A DNA stretch of 15,242 nt from Candidatus Heimdallarchaeota archaeon (GCA_046761065.1 JBHIFL010000087.1:1-15242), one strand, 5' to 3'; positions 6,752 through 15,242 are shown, counted from the first letter of the stretch. Notes: generated by a model not told the origin, from the letters alone. Numbers and translations: made by a program.

Positions 6752-8056
6752 ATGATGATTGAGTTCCAAAAGAAACTGCATAACGCGCCTATTGGTCGGG
6801 AGATTTGTCTAGCCGGCTTTATCTCTTTAATGGATCGTGGGTACTTTTTGGAGTTCCCTCCAGGGTCAGGGATCGGCATTTTCGTTTCAGGGCACGGTCT
6901 TGAAGACTATGTGGAGGGAGTATGTCTTGTGAAAGGAGTTGTTCGTCCTCTGATGGACGGGATGAATGTTGTTGGAAAGCAACTTGACGCAACGAAGTTG
7001 GAAGAGGACTACTACCCCGCGTATGATATGGATATCGCACCTCTGACGCCTTTTGAGACATTTAGCCTATTTAAGGAGCGGATTAATGCCCCAGAGCATC
7101 TCGCAAAAGCCTTATTCCTCAGTCCCACCAGTTCGCCGGTGGTCCTCAGTCGGATGGGTGGAGTGTCCACCATTTTAGATTTCCCAAGTCGGGTGGATTG
7201 CGATCGATCGAAAACGAAGAACATGGCAGAAATCGCTGACGTCGTCCTACACATGGTCCCTTCATGGCATCGATCGTTGAACGCATTAGGATTCTCTTTT
7301 TCCAAAATTTCCCGAGTGGACTCCAAGCTCGGTACCGTATTACGCGAGCGAAACGTGCCAAGACCGGAGGTGGGGGTGATCTATCCCCGATTATCCTATG
7401 ACAGCGTCCAAGAATTCTATGAGGCGGCATTAATGGAGAACACGATCGTTCTACAAGAAATCACCACAATGATCGCTCCAGATTTTGACCGATTCTTACA
7501 AGAGATCCAATGGTCGATTATGATTAATCATGCCCAACTCCGCCGACTTGGAGCCCCAGATCTCCCCTCCGGATGTGACCAACAAATTAACGACTGGTTT
7601 AACCGGATGAGAGACAAAGGTGAAATATACGAACACCACCTTAGATTCCAAGGCTTACTGGATATGAACTTTCAAGGAAGGCGAGGGATTATCTTACGGG
7701 TCATGGCCGCCCTCGCACGATTTGAGGAACGGCAACCCACCGAATCCCATCTAAAAGCAAGTCTCAAGCTACAAGAAGGCCTGCTTGAGGAATTCATCGA
7801 TGAACACGGTGGCTTAATCGCTGAATATGAAGAAGCCAAACATCTGAAGACATGGCTAGAGCCAATCAAGAAGCTCCGGAATTTGATATTTGACATCTGT
7901 CAATCCGACGGCAGCATCAGTAAAGCCCAGATCTTACAAGAAGCCCAAAAATTGAACGTGAAACGAAAAGATGCGAAGCAAGTATTGTTCGATTTACTCA
8001 ATGAAGGTTACCTGTATCAACCGACTCATGACGAGTTCTATAAATTGACTCCTTGA
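6752..8056 (+). CDS. Degenerate MCM-like protein (OB-like, eroded AAA+, lid, C-terminal winged helix) with no Walker A/B
   Basis: IGREICLAGFI...VCLVKGVVRP (MCM OB domain), APEHLAKALFLS (helix before Walker A), PDLPSGCDQQINDWFNRMRDK and GRRGIILRVMAALARFEERQPTESHLKASLKL (lid/sensor-2), ILQEAQKLNVKRKDAKQVLFDLLNEGYLYQPTHDEFYKL (archaeal MCM WH). The ORF is open from 6638. Confidence 0.7.
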   Translation: MMIEFQKKLHNAPIGREICLAGFISLMDRGYFLEFPPGSGIGIFVSGHGLEDYVEGVCLVKGVVRPLMDGMNVVGKQLDATKLEEDYYPAYDMDIAPLTPFETFSLFKERINAPEHLAKALFLSPTSSPVVLSRMGGVSTILDFPSRVDCDRSKTKNMAEIADVVLHMVPSWHRSLNALGFSFSKISRVDSKLGTVLRERNVPRPEVGVIYPRLSYDSVQEFYEAALMENTIVLQEITTMIAPDFDRFLQEIQWSIMINHAQLRRLGAPDLPSGCDQQINDWFNRMRDKGEIYEHHLRFQGLLDMNFQGRRGIILRVMAALARFEERQPTESHLKASLKLQEGLLEEFIDEHGGLIAEYEEAKHLKTWLEPIKKLRNLIFDICQSDGSISKAQILQEAQKLNVKRKDAKQVLFDLLNEGYLYQPTHDEFYKLTP

Positions 8057-8105
8057 ATATGTAAGAGAAAAACCTGGGTTACGCATCGGTTTGAAGGTGA
8101 GCTCT

Positions 8106-8501
8106 ATGCAGATCTCTCAAAAAATTGTTGAAACGGTAAAATCTTCATTAGACTTACTTTGTGCGTGTAAACAGGAGAGCGTGGTTCAAAATATCTTAGG
8201 GAGTCAATTGGATTGTCACGTACGCTATACCCTCGATTCAGATATGTATCCAAAGGTTGAAATTGATTTATTGGGCGAGAATTATGCGATCGAAGTAAAA
8301 TATAACAAGCCATACTACGATGGAATTAGTCAAGTGCTAATCCTGAAATACCTCTACAAGATTAACACTGTGATACTTCTGCACATCCATAGGTATTTGG
8401 ATTCGAAATTTACCAATGCGCTTAAAGAGCTCGCCAAGAAATTAGGCTTTATCGGGATTTTAGTTAATCAACGAGCAAAAACATTAGAAGTGGTACCCTA
8501 A
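8106..8501 (+). CDS. Small PD-(D/E)XK (restriction-endonuclease-fold) nuclease
   Basis: ESVVQ helix, EIDLL, AIEVK and DGISQ motifs. AAGGTGA RBS precedes ATG 8106. Confidence 0.72.
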   Translation: MQISQKIVETVKSSLDLLCACKQESVVQNILGSQLDCHVRYTLDSDMYPKVEIDLLGENYAIEVKYNKPYYDGISQVLILKYLYKINTVILLHIHRYLDSKFTNALKELAKKLGFIGILVNQRAKTLEVVP

Positions 8502-8502
8502 G

Positions 8503-9366
8503 ATGAAGGGCTTTAAAACGATCGCCTTTATTTCCGCCCCCGGAGGGGTGGGGAAGACCACGATTGCGCTATGCCTAGCTTGGTTTTTAGCAGAACGGAA
8601 TAAGAGCACCCTGCTTCTTGATTTAGACCCGAGTTTAGGGCTCACATTAACCCTCAAAGACTTTCGCGATTATTATCAAGAGATCGAATATAAACGATGC
8701 ACCTCTGCGGATTTATTGGAGAAAGCATTAGAAGGGGGACCGTCGCAAGATTTTGAGTTTAAGCACTTTTTGACGCGAGCCCCATTTCAAGGAGTTACCT
8801 TGGAGTTTATCGCGTCGAGTATTCGATTGGAGGATGTGATGGGTAAGATCTGGCATACGCCGACTGCCGGGCATAGTGAGAAAAAGCTCAAGGAAGCCTT
8901 AGGGTATATTCCGGGAAACTTCAACTACGAGTATCTGTTGATTGACAATATCCCGTGCTATGGACTCACCTATGCCCTTACGACCATCCACGCGTCAGAC
9001 GCTTATATTGTGCCACTTCGCCTTACGATCAACGATCTCGGGAGAACCCTCCAAATGATAAAGAAGTTGCAAGAGACCGCGGCTAAATTTGATCTCAGTG
9101 AAGAGCAATTCGTCAATAAGCTCTATTTTCTCTATAACATGGTGGAAACGCAGTATAGACGCGAATCCAAAATCCCTACCTATGAGAAACAAATACGCAA
9201 CATGTTTCCGGGGGCTAACTTCTTTGAGGCATTTGTCCCAAGCCAAGTCGGGTTTACACGGATAGGAACGGAAGAGGAGAGGCCCGGAGATTCCAAAAAA
9301 GTGCGTGAGCTGTTCAAGCCCTTTTATACGGATTTTGAACGAAAGATTATGGGACAATATTGGTGA
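8503..9366 (+). CDS. parA: ParA/MinD-family ATPase
   Basis: SAPGGVGKTT (Walker A), LLLDLDPS (A'), YLLIDNIP (Walker B), ASDAYIVP. Separated by 1 nt from the nuclease stop codon. Confidence 0.88.
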   Translation: MKGFKTIAFISAPGGVGKTTIALCLAWFLAERNKSTLLLDLDPSLGLTLTLKDFRDYYQEIEYKRCTSADLLEKALEGGPSQDFEFKHFLTRAPFQGVTLEFIASSIRLEDVMGKIWHTPTAGHSEKKLKEALGYIPGNFNYEYLLIDNIPCYGLTYALTTIHASDAYIVPLRLTINDLGRTLQMIKKLQETAAKFDLSEEQFVNKLYFLYNMVETQYRRESKIPTYEKQIRNMFPGANFFEAFVPSQVGFTRIGTEEERPGDSKKVRELFKPFYTDFERKIMGQYW

Positions 9367-9394
9367 TTGGCAGTATAAATGAGATTAAGCATTT

Positions 9395-9473
9395 TGAACG
9401 CATGGCGGGACTTAAAATTGAAAGCTGGTGAATTAAACTGAGCTCACCCCCTTCAGCAAGTGGAGATAGTTAG
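9395..9473 (+). mobile_element. Possible very degenerate IS605-type right-end remnant
   Basis: ...GAGCTCACCCCCTTCAGCAAGTGGAGATAGTTAG loosely resembles tnpB-element hairpin ends. Confidence 0.2.
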
Positions 9474-9841
9474 GCGCTAGGCATTACTAATGTATGCATC
9501 TCGGGCTCATCTTGTGTTGAATACTCTTTCTTGAGTTATTTTATCCTCTTAGGGCCACCTTTGTTTTTCATCATTGATTAATTCAAAAGTACGGGAGTCC
9601 AGTGTTAGCTTGTACGAAATCCTTTGAGCAAACAAATTTACTGCCGGGTGAAATCTCTACTAAAAAACTCCTCCCAAGGAGCGGAGAGCCGAGTGAAACT
9701 CCTGACCATGTCTCAATAGATGATCCTCGGGCGCTCGATGAGCCATCTATAAACGAGAACTTTCGAAGTTGGACATCGGAATACAGCCGCAATACTTAAA
9801 AAAATGCTCCTCCCCTTCATTTCACCTTAGCCCCTCACCTT

Positions 9842-10066
9842 TCACTGGTTCGGGGATTTCGTAAATCTTATGGGTTGTGCTAGAATGTAAATTCCCAAAA
9901 CGACAACTAATATTGCGCCCAGAAGTTCCACTTCTGTTTGTGGCAAGAGATCAGTTATATACAACAGTGATGTCAACCCAGAAATAAGCAGCAATGCTCC
10001 AATAATGACCCACCATAATGACCTGGGGCAACACCAGTCATATTCGACATATTTAGTTTCAGCCAA
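9842..10066 (-). CDS. Small membrane protein with two TM helices
   Basis: WWVIIGALLLISGLTSLL and LLGAILVVVLGIYIL. GAGGTG RBS precedes TTG 10066 (the track starts the ORF at 10102). Confidence 0.65.
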   Translation of the reverse strand: MAETKYVEYDWCCPRSLWWVIIGALLLISGLTSLLYITDLLPQTEVELLGAILVVVLGIYILAQPIRFTKSPNQ

Positions 10067-10125
10067 TTGATCCACCTCATATTTGATGCGTGGAATAATC
10101 AACTACTTATGATGACTAATAATTT

Positions 10126-10923
10126 ATGAACGTTAAATCAGTAGGTGTAAGGATGGATACTGACAAATTGGGATGGATGGATATAGCAACTAAAGCCCTT
10201 TCGCAACTTCTTTTCGAGCTGTCCCATGGAGAGAGACTAAAGACCCTGTTATTGATTAGAGATCAAGCACAACGGCACACAGAGCTAACTAAACAACTGA
10301 AAATGTCTCCACAAGAAACTTCAAGGCACCTTCTCCGACTCACTGAAGCTAAGTTAATCGAGAGAGATGTCGAACGAATATATCACCTTACCAACTTAGG
10401 TCACATTGTTCTGACTTGTATCTCCTCCTTAAATGTCATTGCTAAATATTCTGACTTCTTCCTAACTCACGAGATCTCAGGAATTCCTTACGAGTTTATT
10501 TTAAGGCTTGGAGAACTCTCTAACTCGATAATTCGACAAACTGACACGTTATCAACTGTAAGCAAGGCGATTCAAGCGATAAAAAACACGAAAGGTCAAA
10601 TATTCTTAATGAACGTTGGTCGTCTAGAACATGTTGATTCGATAATAAGACAACTTAACAATAAAGAATTCAAGTGTATCTTACCAACAACAACGGCAAA
10701 TAATACCCTTGCGGAGTCGAAGTGGGAAAATTGTAGGTACCTCGATAAAATAAAACTTGTACTGTTAATAACAAATGATATCGCAGCAATAGCCTTACCA
10801 GATTTGACAGGAAAGATGGACTACTCAAATATCTTATGGAGTAATGACTTTTCTTTTAAGAAATGGTGTAAAGATCTGTTCGAATATTACTGGATGACAG
10901 CGAAGGTTAGTAGCACTTACTGA
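10126..10923 (+). CDS. Archaeal wHTH transcription regulator (ArsR-like HTH plus DUF1724/COG4742-type domain)
   Basis: LFELSHGERLKTLLLI...SPQETSRHLLRLTEAKLI...YHLTNLG, FFLTHEISGIPYEFILRLGEL, LPDLTGKMDY and WCKDLFEYYW. The true start may be a downstream ATG. Confidence 0.85.
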   Translation: MNVKSVGVRMDTDKLGWMDIATKALSQLLFELSHGERLKTLLLIRDQAQRHTELTKQLKMSPQETSRHLLRLTEAKLIERDVERIYHLTNLGHIVLTCISSLNVIAKYSDFFLTHEISGIPYEFILRLGELSNSIIRQTDTLSTVSKAIQAIKNTKGQIFLMNVGRLEHVDSIIRQLNNKEFKCILPTTTANNTLAESKWENCRYLDKIKLVLLITNDIAAIALPDLTGKMDYSNILWSNDFSFKKWCKDLFEYYWMTAKVSSTY

Positions 10924-11152
10924 ATAGCCAAATTAGAAATATTGTTTATTTTGTTTGGGCTTGATCCTGGCTGCGATTTCTGATTATTAAATAAATTAAT
11001 GTTATAAGATCCTTGGTCTTCTCTTTACGAGTACTAAATGAATCCGCGGTACAAAATCATCTGAAGGAATTTAATACGCATAAAAGACGATTTTTAAGAC
11101 AGGACTTAAGGGGATTTGGCTTTTTAACCTAGCCAGCCCCCTTTTTCGCAAT

Positions 11153-11666
11153 CTATACCAGAAAAGGAAGGAACATCCTCGGCGTTTTCATATATGCAAG
11201 ATATTCATCCCCAAACCTCTTTATATTATCCTCCTCCACCTTGGCAGTCATTAAAAAAAAGATAAACCCGAAGGTGAAAAGCTGGAAACCTAGAACGGAA
11301 GGAGCCTTTACAAACACCCCCACTCCACCGAGAAGCCCGGAACAGTATATCGGATGACAGATATATCGGTTAGGCACCTATCGTTATAAGTTGTGTAGTA
11401 CCTTCGATTTCTTCCTCGGGGGATCCCACGACAAGAAGAAGTCTAAAACTATGAAGCCCTAATATAAGTGGACTCGCTAGAAATATCCAAGAGATTAATT
11501 GACAGGGTGAAAGAGGATCTCGAAACAAACTTCAAGCATTTAAAAGAGCCAGTGTAAAAAGACTTTCAATAGCGAAGAAACGAGGGAAGTGATGCTTATA
11601 GGGTCTTCTTAGCGAAAAAACTAGAAGTAGGATAGAAAGCAGGATGAAGATCCCTAGTTCAATCAT
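11153..11666 (-). pseudogene. Isoprenylcysteine carboxylmethyltransferase (ICMT/PEMT)-family membrane protein pseudogene
   Basis: MIELGIFILL...LLNA* (TGA 11532-11534)...EGTTQLITIGA, frameshift near 11370, RYICHPIYCS...AKVEEDNIKRFGDEYLAYMKTPRMFLPFLV. Confidence 0.85.
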
Positions 11667-11894
11667 CCACAAACCTTAACGACAGCAAACCAGGATCGGC
11701 GTCTTTCCACAAGTCAGGGAATTTCTCAGAATGTTCAATAACTTTACCTTTCTAGCCTTCTTCGCGATAACATTGCCCAACAATTGAATTGTTTAGTTTA
11801 AATATCTCCAACATGCAGTCTGCCAGTTGTTCGTTTCGTTATGCTTGCATATTCTTGCTGAGCCATTTCAGAATCCCTTGAGGAGGATTATTCA

Positions 11895-12023
11895 GTGAAC
11901 TACCCATGCCTAAATGCTGGGACTTGCTATGAATCCGCTGAACCTCATACCACGCGAACTTGATGCGCGCCTACCCGGTGTCTTACTGGTAACTCCCCTT
12001 CCAATGACGGTTCGGCAGTCATT
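11895..12023 (-). mobile_element. Orphan IS200/IS605-type end (second GTAGTTCAC-ending remnant)
   Basis: Plus strand GTGAACTACCCATGCCTAAATGCTGGGACTTG is the same end type as at 4566. Hairpin AATGAC-N9-GTCATT at 12003-12023. Confidence 0.6.
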
Positions 12024-12216
12024 AAGTCCTTAAAAACAAGAAAAGAACGCGTTAGACGAATTGATGATTTCTTTTCAAACTGGTTAATCCCATAAAATCC
12101 GGAGAAATTGTCTACACTTATTGGGCAATGTTTTTAACGAAGCCGACGAAATACTTTTTCTAGTGTATGAGTGCCGTACACACCTTAACAGATTATAGAA
12201 ATTGGGGGTTAATTCG

Positions 12217-12375
12217 TTGAAATTGGTCACAGTTCACTTACCTGAAGAGTTCCTTACGGGATTAGCCGAATTAGTGCGATCGAGGAGATATCCGAACCGT
12301 AGCGAAGCCATCCGAAACGCGATACGGGATCTGTTGAAGGAGGAGCTTTGGCCGCGCTCGGGTAATAATCGTTAG
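12217..12375 (+). CDS. Ribbon-helix-helix (CopG/CdrS-like) regulator, 52 aa, absent from the ORF track
   Basis: TTG start; MKLVTVHLPEEFLTGLAELVRSRRYPNRSEAIRNAIRDLLKEELWPRSGNNR. GGGGGT RBS upstream; imperfect palindrome GTGTATG-N5-CGTACAC at 12163-12181. Confidence 0.85.
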   Translation: MKLVTVHLPEEFLTGLAELVRSRRYPNRSEAIRNAIRDLLKEELWPRSGNNR

Positions 12376-12667
12376 AGTATTTTGGTGGGTAATAGCCCAA
12401 GGTTCTAAATGGCGAAGAATTTCGTTCCTAGTGGCTCCTGCCCGCGCAGTCCTCTCCGCAGCCATCCGTTCCGCGACGACTTTCTACTCCTCTTTGATCG
12501 TCCTACTTTCAAGTTTCCCTCTTTCGGATACTTTTTTGAATCTTTAGCTCCCCAAGGTTCTTGAACACCTCTCTTCCCTTCAGTTTCTGGTAGATTGGGA
12601 ACCTTCGAAATCGCTGGATTAATTATAACTGCAGTCCCAATGAATCTTCAAAAAGTCAAGAGGAGAT

Positions 12668-12937
12668 ATGCAAATTGGCCAGAACTCGAATGAAAATGGA
12701 TCCATTGCAAACTGTCAATCGAGCGCTCGTAAAAAAAAGGCCTTGAGCCTCCCACATATTGTGGGCTTAGATTACGACGATGAGGCTGATGTCCTCTACA
12801 TCTACTTTAAGATCAACCCTGAAATCGCGGAGAGCGATATGATCGATTAAAGAAGCTTGGTTTATATAGAAAGGAATGCAAAAGGCGAACCGGAAGGGTT
12901 AGTTATTGTTAATGCCTATAAACTGTGGCAAGAGTAG
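12668..12937 (+). pseudogene. DUF2283-domain protein pseudogene
   Basis: LDYDDEADVLYIYF...AESDMID* (TAA 12848-12850) RSLVYIERNAKGEPEGLVIVNAYKLWQE. A further frameshift is likely in the A8 run near 12731. Confidence 0.75.
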
Positions 12938-13275
12938 CCAATCGACAGAGAAACCCTGACATGTCACCTACTTGGCACCCCTCTTTATTGTTAATATCCT
13001 ATCAATCTCACTCAGATGAAGCACTAAGCTTTTATGCGATTTTTTGATCCATTTACTTCCTTCCACATTCTACTCTTTGGTATCTGCAAAATGCATTCAT
13101 GACCACGAATTGCTCCCTTTTTTCTATCCCTTCGTACCCAAGCGCCCCATATCGAGGATTGGGTCCCCAATGCGGAGGGGGTGTCATGGGACACGAGCTT
13201 CACTCCGGCGTGATCGCTTATCAAGAGCCTGAAGATCGTCTCCCTCACCAAACCACACCTTCAAGTGACATAAAA

Positions 13276-13896
13276 TTATAAGATCTCTGCAGTAATATAT
13301 TTTAATGGGAAGCCGAACCTTCTAGCTAATATCTCTTTTGTCACTCGAAATCCATTCGTTAAGAGCGAGGTTTTGATATCCACTGGATGAACTGTCTGCC
13401 CTAAATACGGAAACCCTTTCACTATACATAGCCATACATGATCGAAAAAATTTGATGGGAAATACATATAGACTGAATAGAGGGCTCCCCCTGGTTTCAA
13501 AACTCTTTTTATTTCATAAATAATTGTATCGAAGTCATCTTCTTGACAAAAATCAAAAAAACAGTTTGCAAAGACAGCATCAAAGTATCCGTTTTTAAAG
13601 GGAAGGTGAAAGAAATTAGCTAAAGAGATAGTTAAGCGATCGATATTGTGATTATTGGAATAATTCTTAGCAATTCCTGCTAATCTTTCTGTGAAGCACA
13701 GTAGATATGATTTGCCACCCGAATTTGCTTGGGTTAATATCTTTATGCCTCTATCTGTGGGGGGAGATAAGATCAGAATTCGATGAGCAGATATCTTGGA
13801 ATCCCTAACCTCCATTATACGGGAGTGAATTTCCATGACCCTAACCCAACTATCAAAGAACGACGAAATTCGAAGATAGGATTCTACAAGGTCCAT
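13276..13896 (-). CDS. Class I SAM-dependent methyltransferase-fold protein with degenerate motif I
   Basis: LPFKNGYFDAVFANCFFDF and EIKRVLKPGG. GAGGTGA RBS precedes ATG 13896. Confidence 0.8.
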   Translation of the reverse strand: MDLVESYLRISSFFDSWVRVMEIHSRIMEVRDSKISAHRILILSPPTDRGIKILTQANSGGKSYLLCFTERLAGIAKNYSNNHNIDRLTISLANFFHLPFKNGYFDAVFANCFFDFCQEDDFDTIIYEIKRVLKPGGALYSVYMYFPSNFFDHVWLCIVKGFPYLGQTVHPVDIKTSLLTNGFRVTKEILARRFGFPLKYITAEIL

Positions 13897-14259
13897 CCAA
13901 GTGTCACCTCTCAGCAATTGTTGTATTTATTTCTTTTTTTCTGAAATAATTAGGTTAGCAACGTATTTGGCAATATTTTTGCACAAATTTTGCTTTACAC
14001 ATGATTAATTGTTGAGACCCCATATCATCTATAGAATTTCGCGTATTTGACTCTGACAAAGCAGATTGCTCGGTAGAATGATGATAATATCACAAGTTCC
14101 ATTCGTTTCATTTTCTTCAAGAGTTTTTTTGAGAAGTTCGATATATGTTTGTATTCGAGCTTTTGGAGCCTAAATTTAATCTAAATTTGGGAACTGGACA
14201 AAATTAAATTAAACTAAATTTGATAACTGACCAAACAGATAGACGGAACATTTTCATTC

Positions 14260-14838
14260 TTAGCTTCTGCTATACCGTCCGATGAGTTCTCCTTGGGCTA
14301 GAATGTGACCTTCCATGGCTTGTTTTACGTCGGCTTTAGTGGCTGTGGGTGGGAGGTCGAGCGTTGTATCCAAGGCATACACCTGGAAGAAGTATCGATG
14401 GGTGCCGGATGGCGGACAGGGACCCCCGTAAGCTTGCCTCCTAAAATCATTCAAGCCTTCTATACCGGGGACACTATCTTCTTCTATGGTGTCTACCGGG
14501 GGAATATTCCAGACAATCCAATGATCCCAGGTGCCTCCAGGTGCATCGGGGTCGTCCATGATGAGGACTAAGCTTTGGGTTTCCTCCGGGATTCCTTCGA
14601 TGTGGAGGGGTGGATTAATATCTGCGCCATCACAGGTATACTTGCTGGGAATCTCTCCATTCACCTCAAACGCAGGACTAGTGATTTGTAATTCATCCAT
14701 ATCGCGCGTTTCAACTCCTGGACTTGTGGTTTCAGTTTTTGGCCCTTCTTCCTCTTGACCAACACACCCTGTGCTTATCAAGATGACCAGAAGCAGGATG
14801 GTACTACTCACTACCTTTCTCTTAGCTTCCTCCCTCAC
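14260..14838 (-). CDS. YbhB/YbcL-family (PEBP/Raf kinase inhibitor-like) lipoprotein
   Basis: ITSPAF, YTCDGADINPPL, MDDPDAPGGTWDHWIVWNI and YGGPCPPSGTHRYFF. Signal peptide with lipobox-like STGC; GGAGGT RBS. Confidence 0.95.
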   Translation of the reverse strand: MREEAKRKVVSSTILLLVILISTGCVGQEEEGPKTETTSPGVETRDMDELQITSPAFEVNGEIPSKYTCDGADINPPLHIEGIPEETQSLVLIMDDPDAPGGTWDHWIVWNIPPVDTIEEDSVPGIEGLNDFRRQAYGGPCPPSGTHRYFFQVYALDTTLDLPPTATKADVKQAMEGHILAQGELIGRYSRS

Positions 14839-15031
14839 AATCTTACCTCCATATTGTCTCAGTATAACAAAGACAGTTTCCGATAAAAAATGTTTCGGGC
14901 TTTTTTCTATTTGAATACCTAAAAAATGTATACATGCGTCTTTCAGGGTTTATTCCGAGGAGCTCCAAAAGGGCACGACACCGAGTAAGTGCTGGCGGAG
15001 GGTTTCTACAGAAAGGGTTTTGGATGTGGTG

Positions 15032-15140
15032 AATTGATTAGTCACATAGATCACATGCAGTATAGTTACCAAAATGTAACTAATCAATTTAAAATATGTA
15101 ATTACAATTATTATATTGATAACAAAATATTACCAATTTA
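15032..15140. promoter_or_regulatory. Cluster of nested palindromes, probably an operator array
   Basis: 16-bp inverted repeat at 15032-15047/15074-15089 (1 mismatch); TAGTTAC-N6-GTAACTA at 15063-15082; a related palindrome at 15112-15140. Confidence 0.55.
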
Positions 15141-15242
15141 TAAAAAATGGTGAAAATCAAAATGGAATTACTTATTTTCTTATTAGATTGTTGCCCAAGC
15201 TATCTTCTAGTTAACCGATTCCAGTTCGATTACCTCACCTCT

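Noticed and set aside
6638-8056. Calling this ORF the functional replicative helicase (mcm)
   Set aside because: Walker A/B, the arginine finger and the Zn finger are absent, so no gene symbol is given.
6551-9357. Antisense ORFs inside the MCM-like, nuclease and ParA genes (and similar shadow ORFs elsewhere)
   Set aside because: They overlap longer motif-bearing genes and lack recognisable protein features.
9480-9820. Possible decayed minus-strand gene starting MKGRSIFLSIAAVF after an AGGTGA RBS
   Set aside because: Multiple stops and no family could be assigned.
812-12937. Stop-codon recoding (TGA readthrough or selenocysteine), suggested by in-frame stops in relE, ICMT and DUF2283
   Set aside because: The stops include TAA and TAG, co-occur with frameshifts, and intact genes here end in TGA. 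Ordinary decay explains them.
1-15242. CRISPR array, tRNA or rRNA genes
   Set aside because: I saw no regularly spaced repeats or recognisable stable-RNA structures by eye.
15148-15242. Partial plus-strand ORF running off the window (MVKIKMELLIF...)
   Set aside because: Too short to support a call.

Overview
This looks like an archaeal accessory region, judging by GGTGA/GAGGTG ribosome-binding sites, TATA-type promoters, a DUF1724-type regulator, a CdrS-like RHH protein and an archaeal-style lipoprotein. It mixes intact genes with many decayed toxin-antitoxin, tnpB (IS200/IS605) and other pseudogenes. Intact genes include a RelB-like antitoxin (its relE is broken by a TGA), vapB/vapC, an endonuclease III-like HhH-GPD protein lacking the catalytic Asp, a wHTH regulator, a 52-aa RHH protein missing from the ORF track, a SAM-methyltransferase-fold protein and a YbhB/PEBP lipoprotein. 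The most striking feature is an intact, co-oriented three-gene cluster at about 6752-9366. It encodes (1) a miniaturised MCM paralog that keeps OB-like, AAA-lid and C-terminal winged-helix segments but has no Walker A/B or Zn finger, (2) a small PD-(D/E)XK nuclease and (3) a ParA/MinD ATPase lacking the signature lysine. This is a candidate undescribed defence or DNA-handling system. A perfect dif-like palindrome (CATAA-N6-TTATG) sits at 385-416. All family calls come from motifs recognised by eye; no database searches were run.
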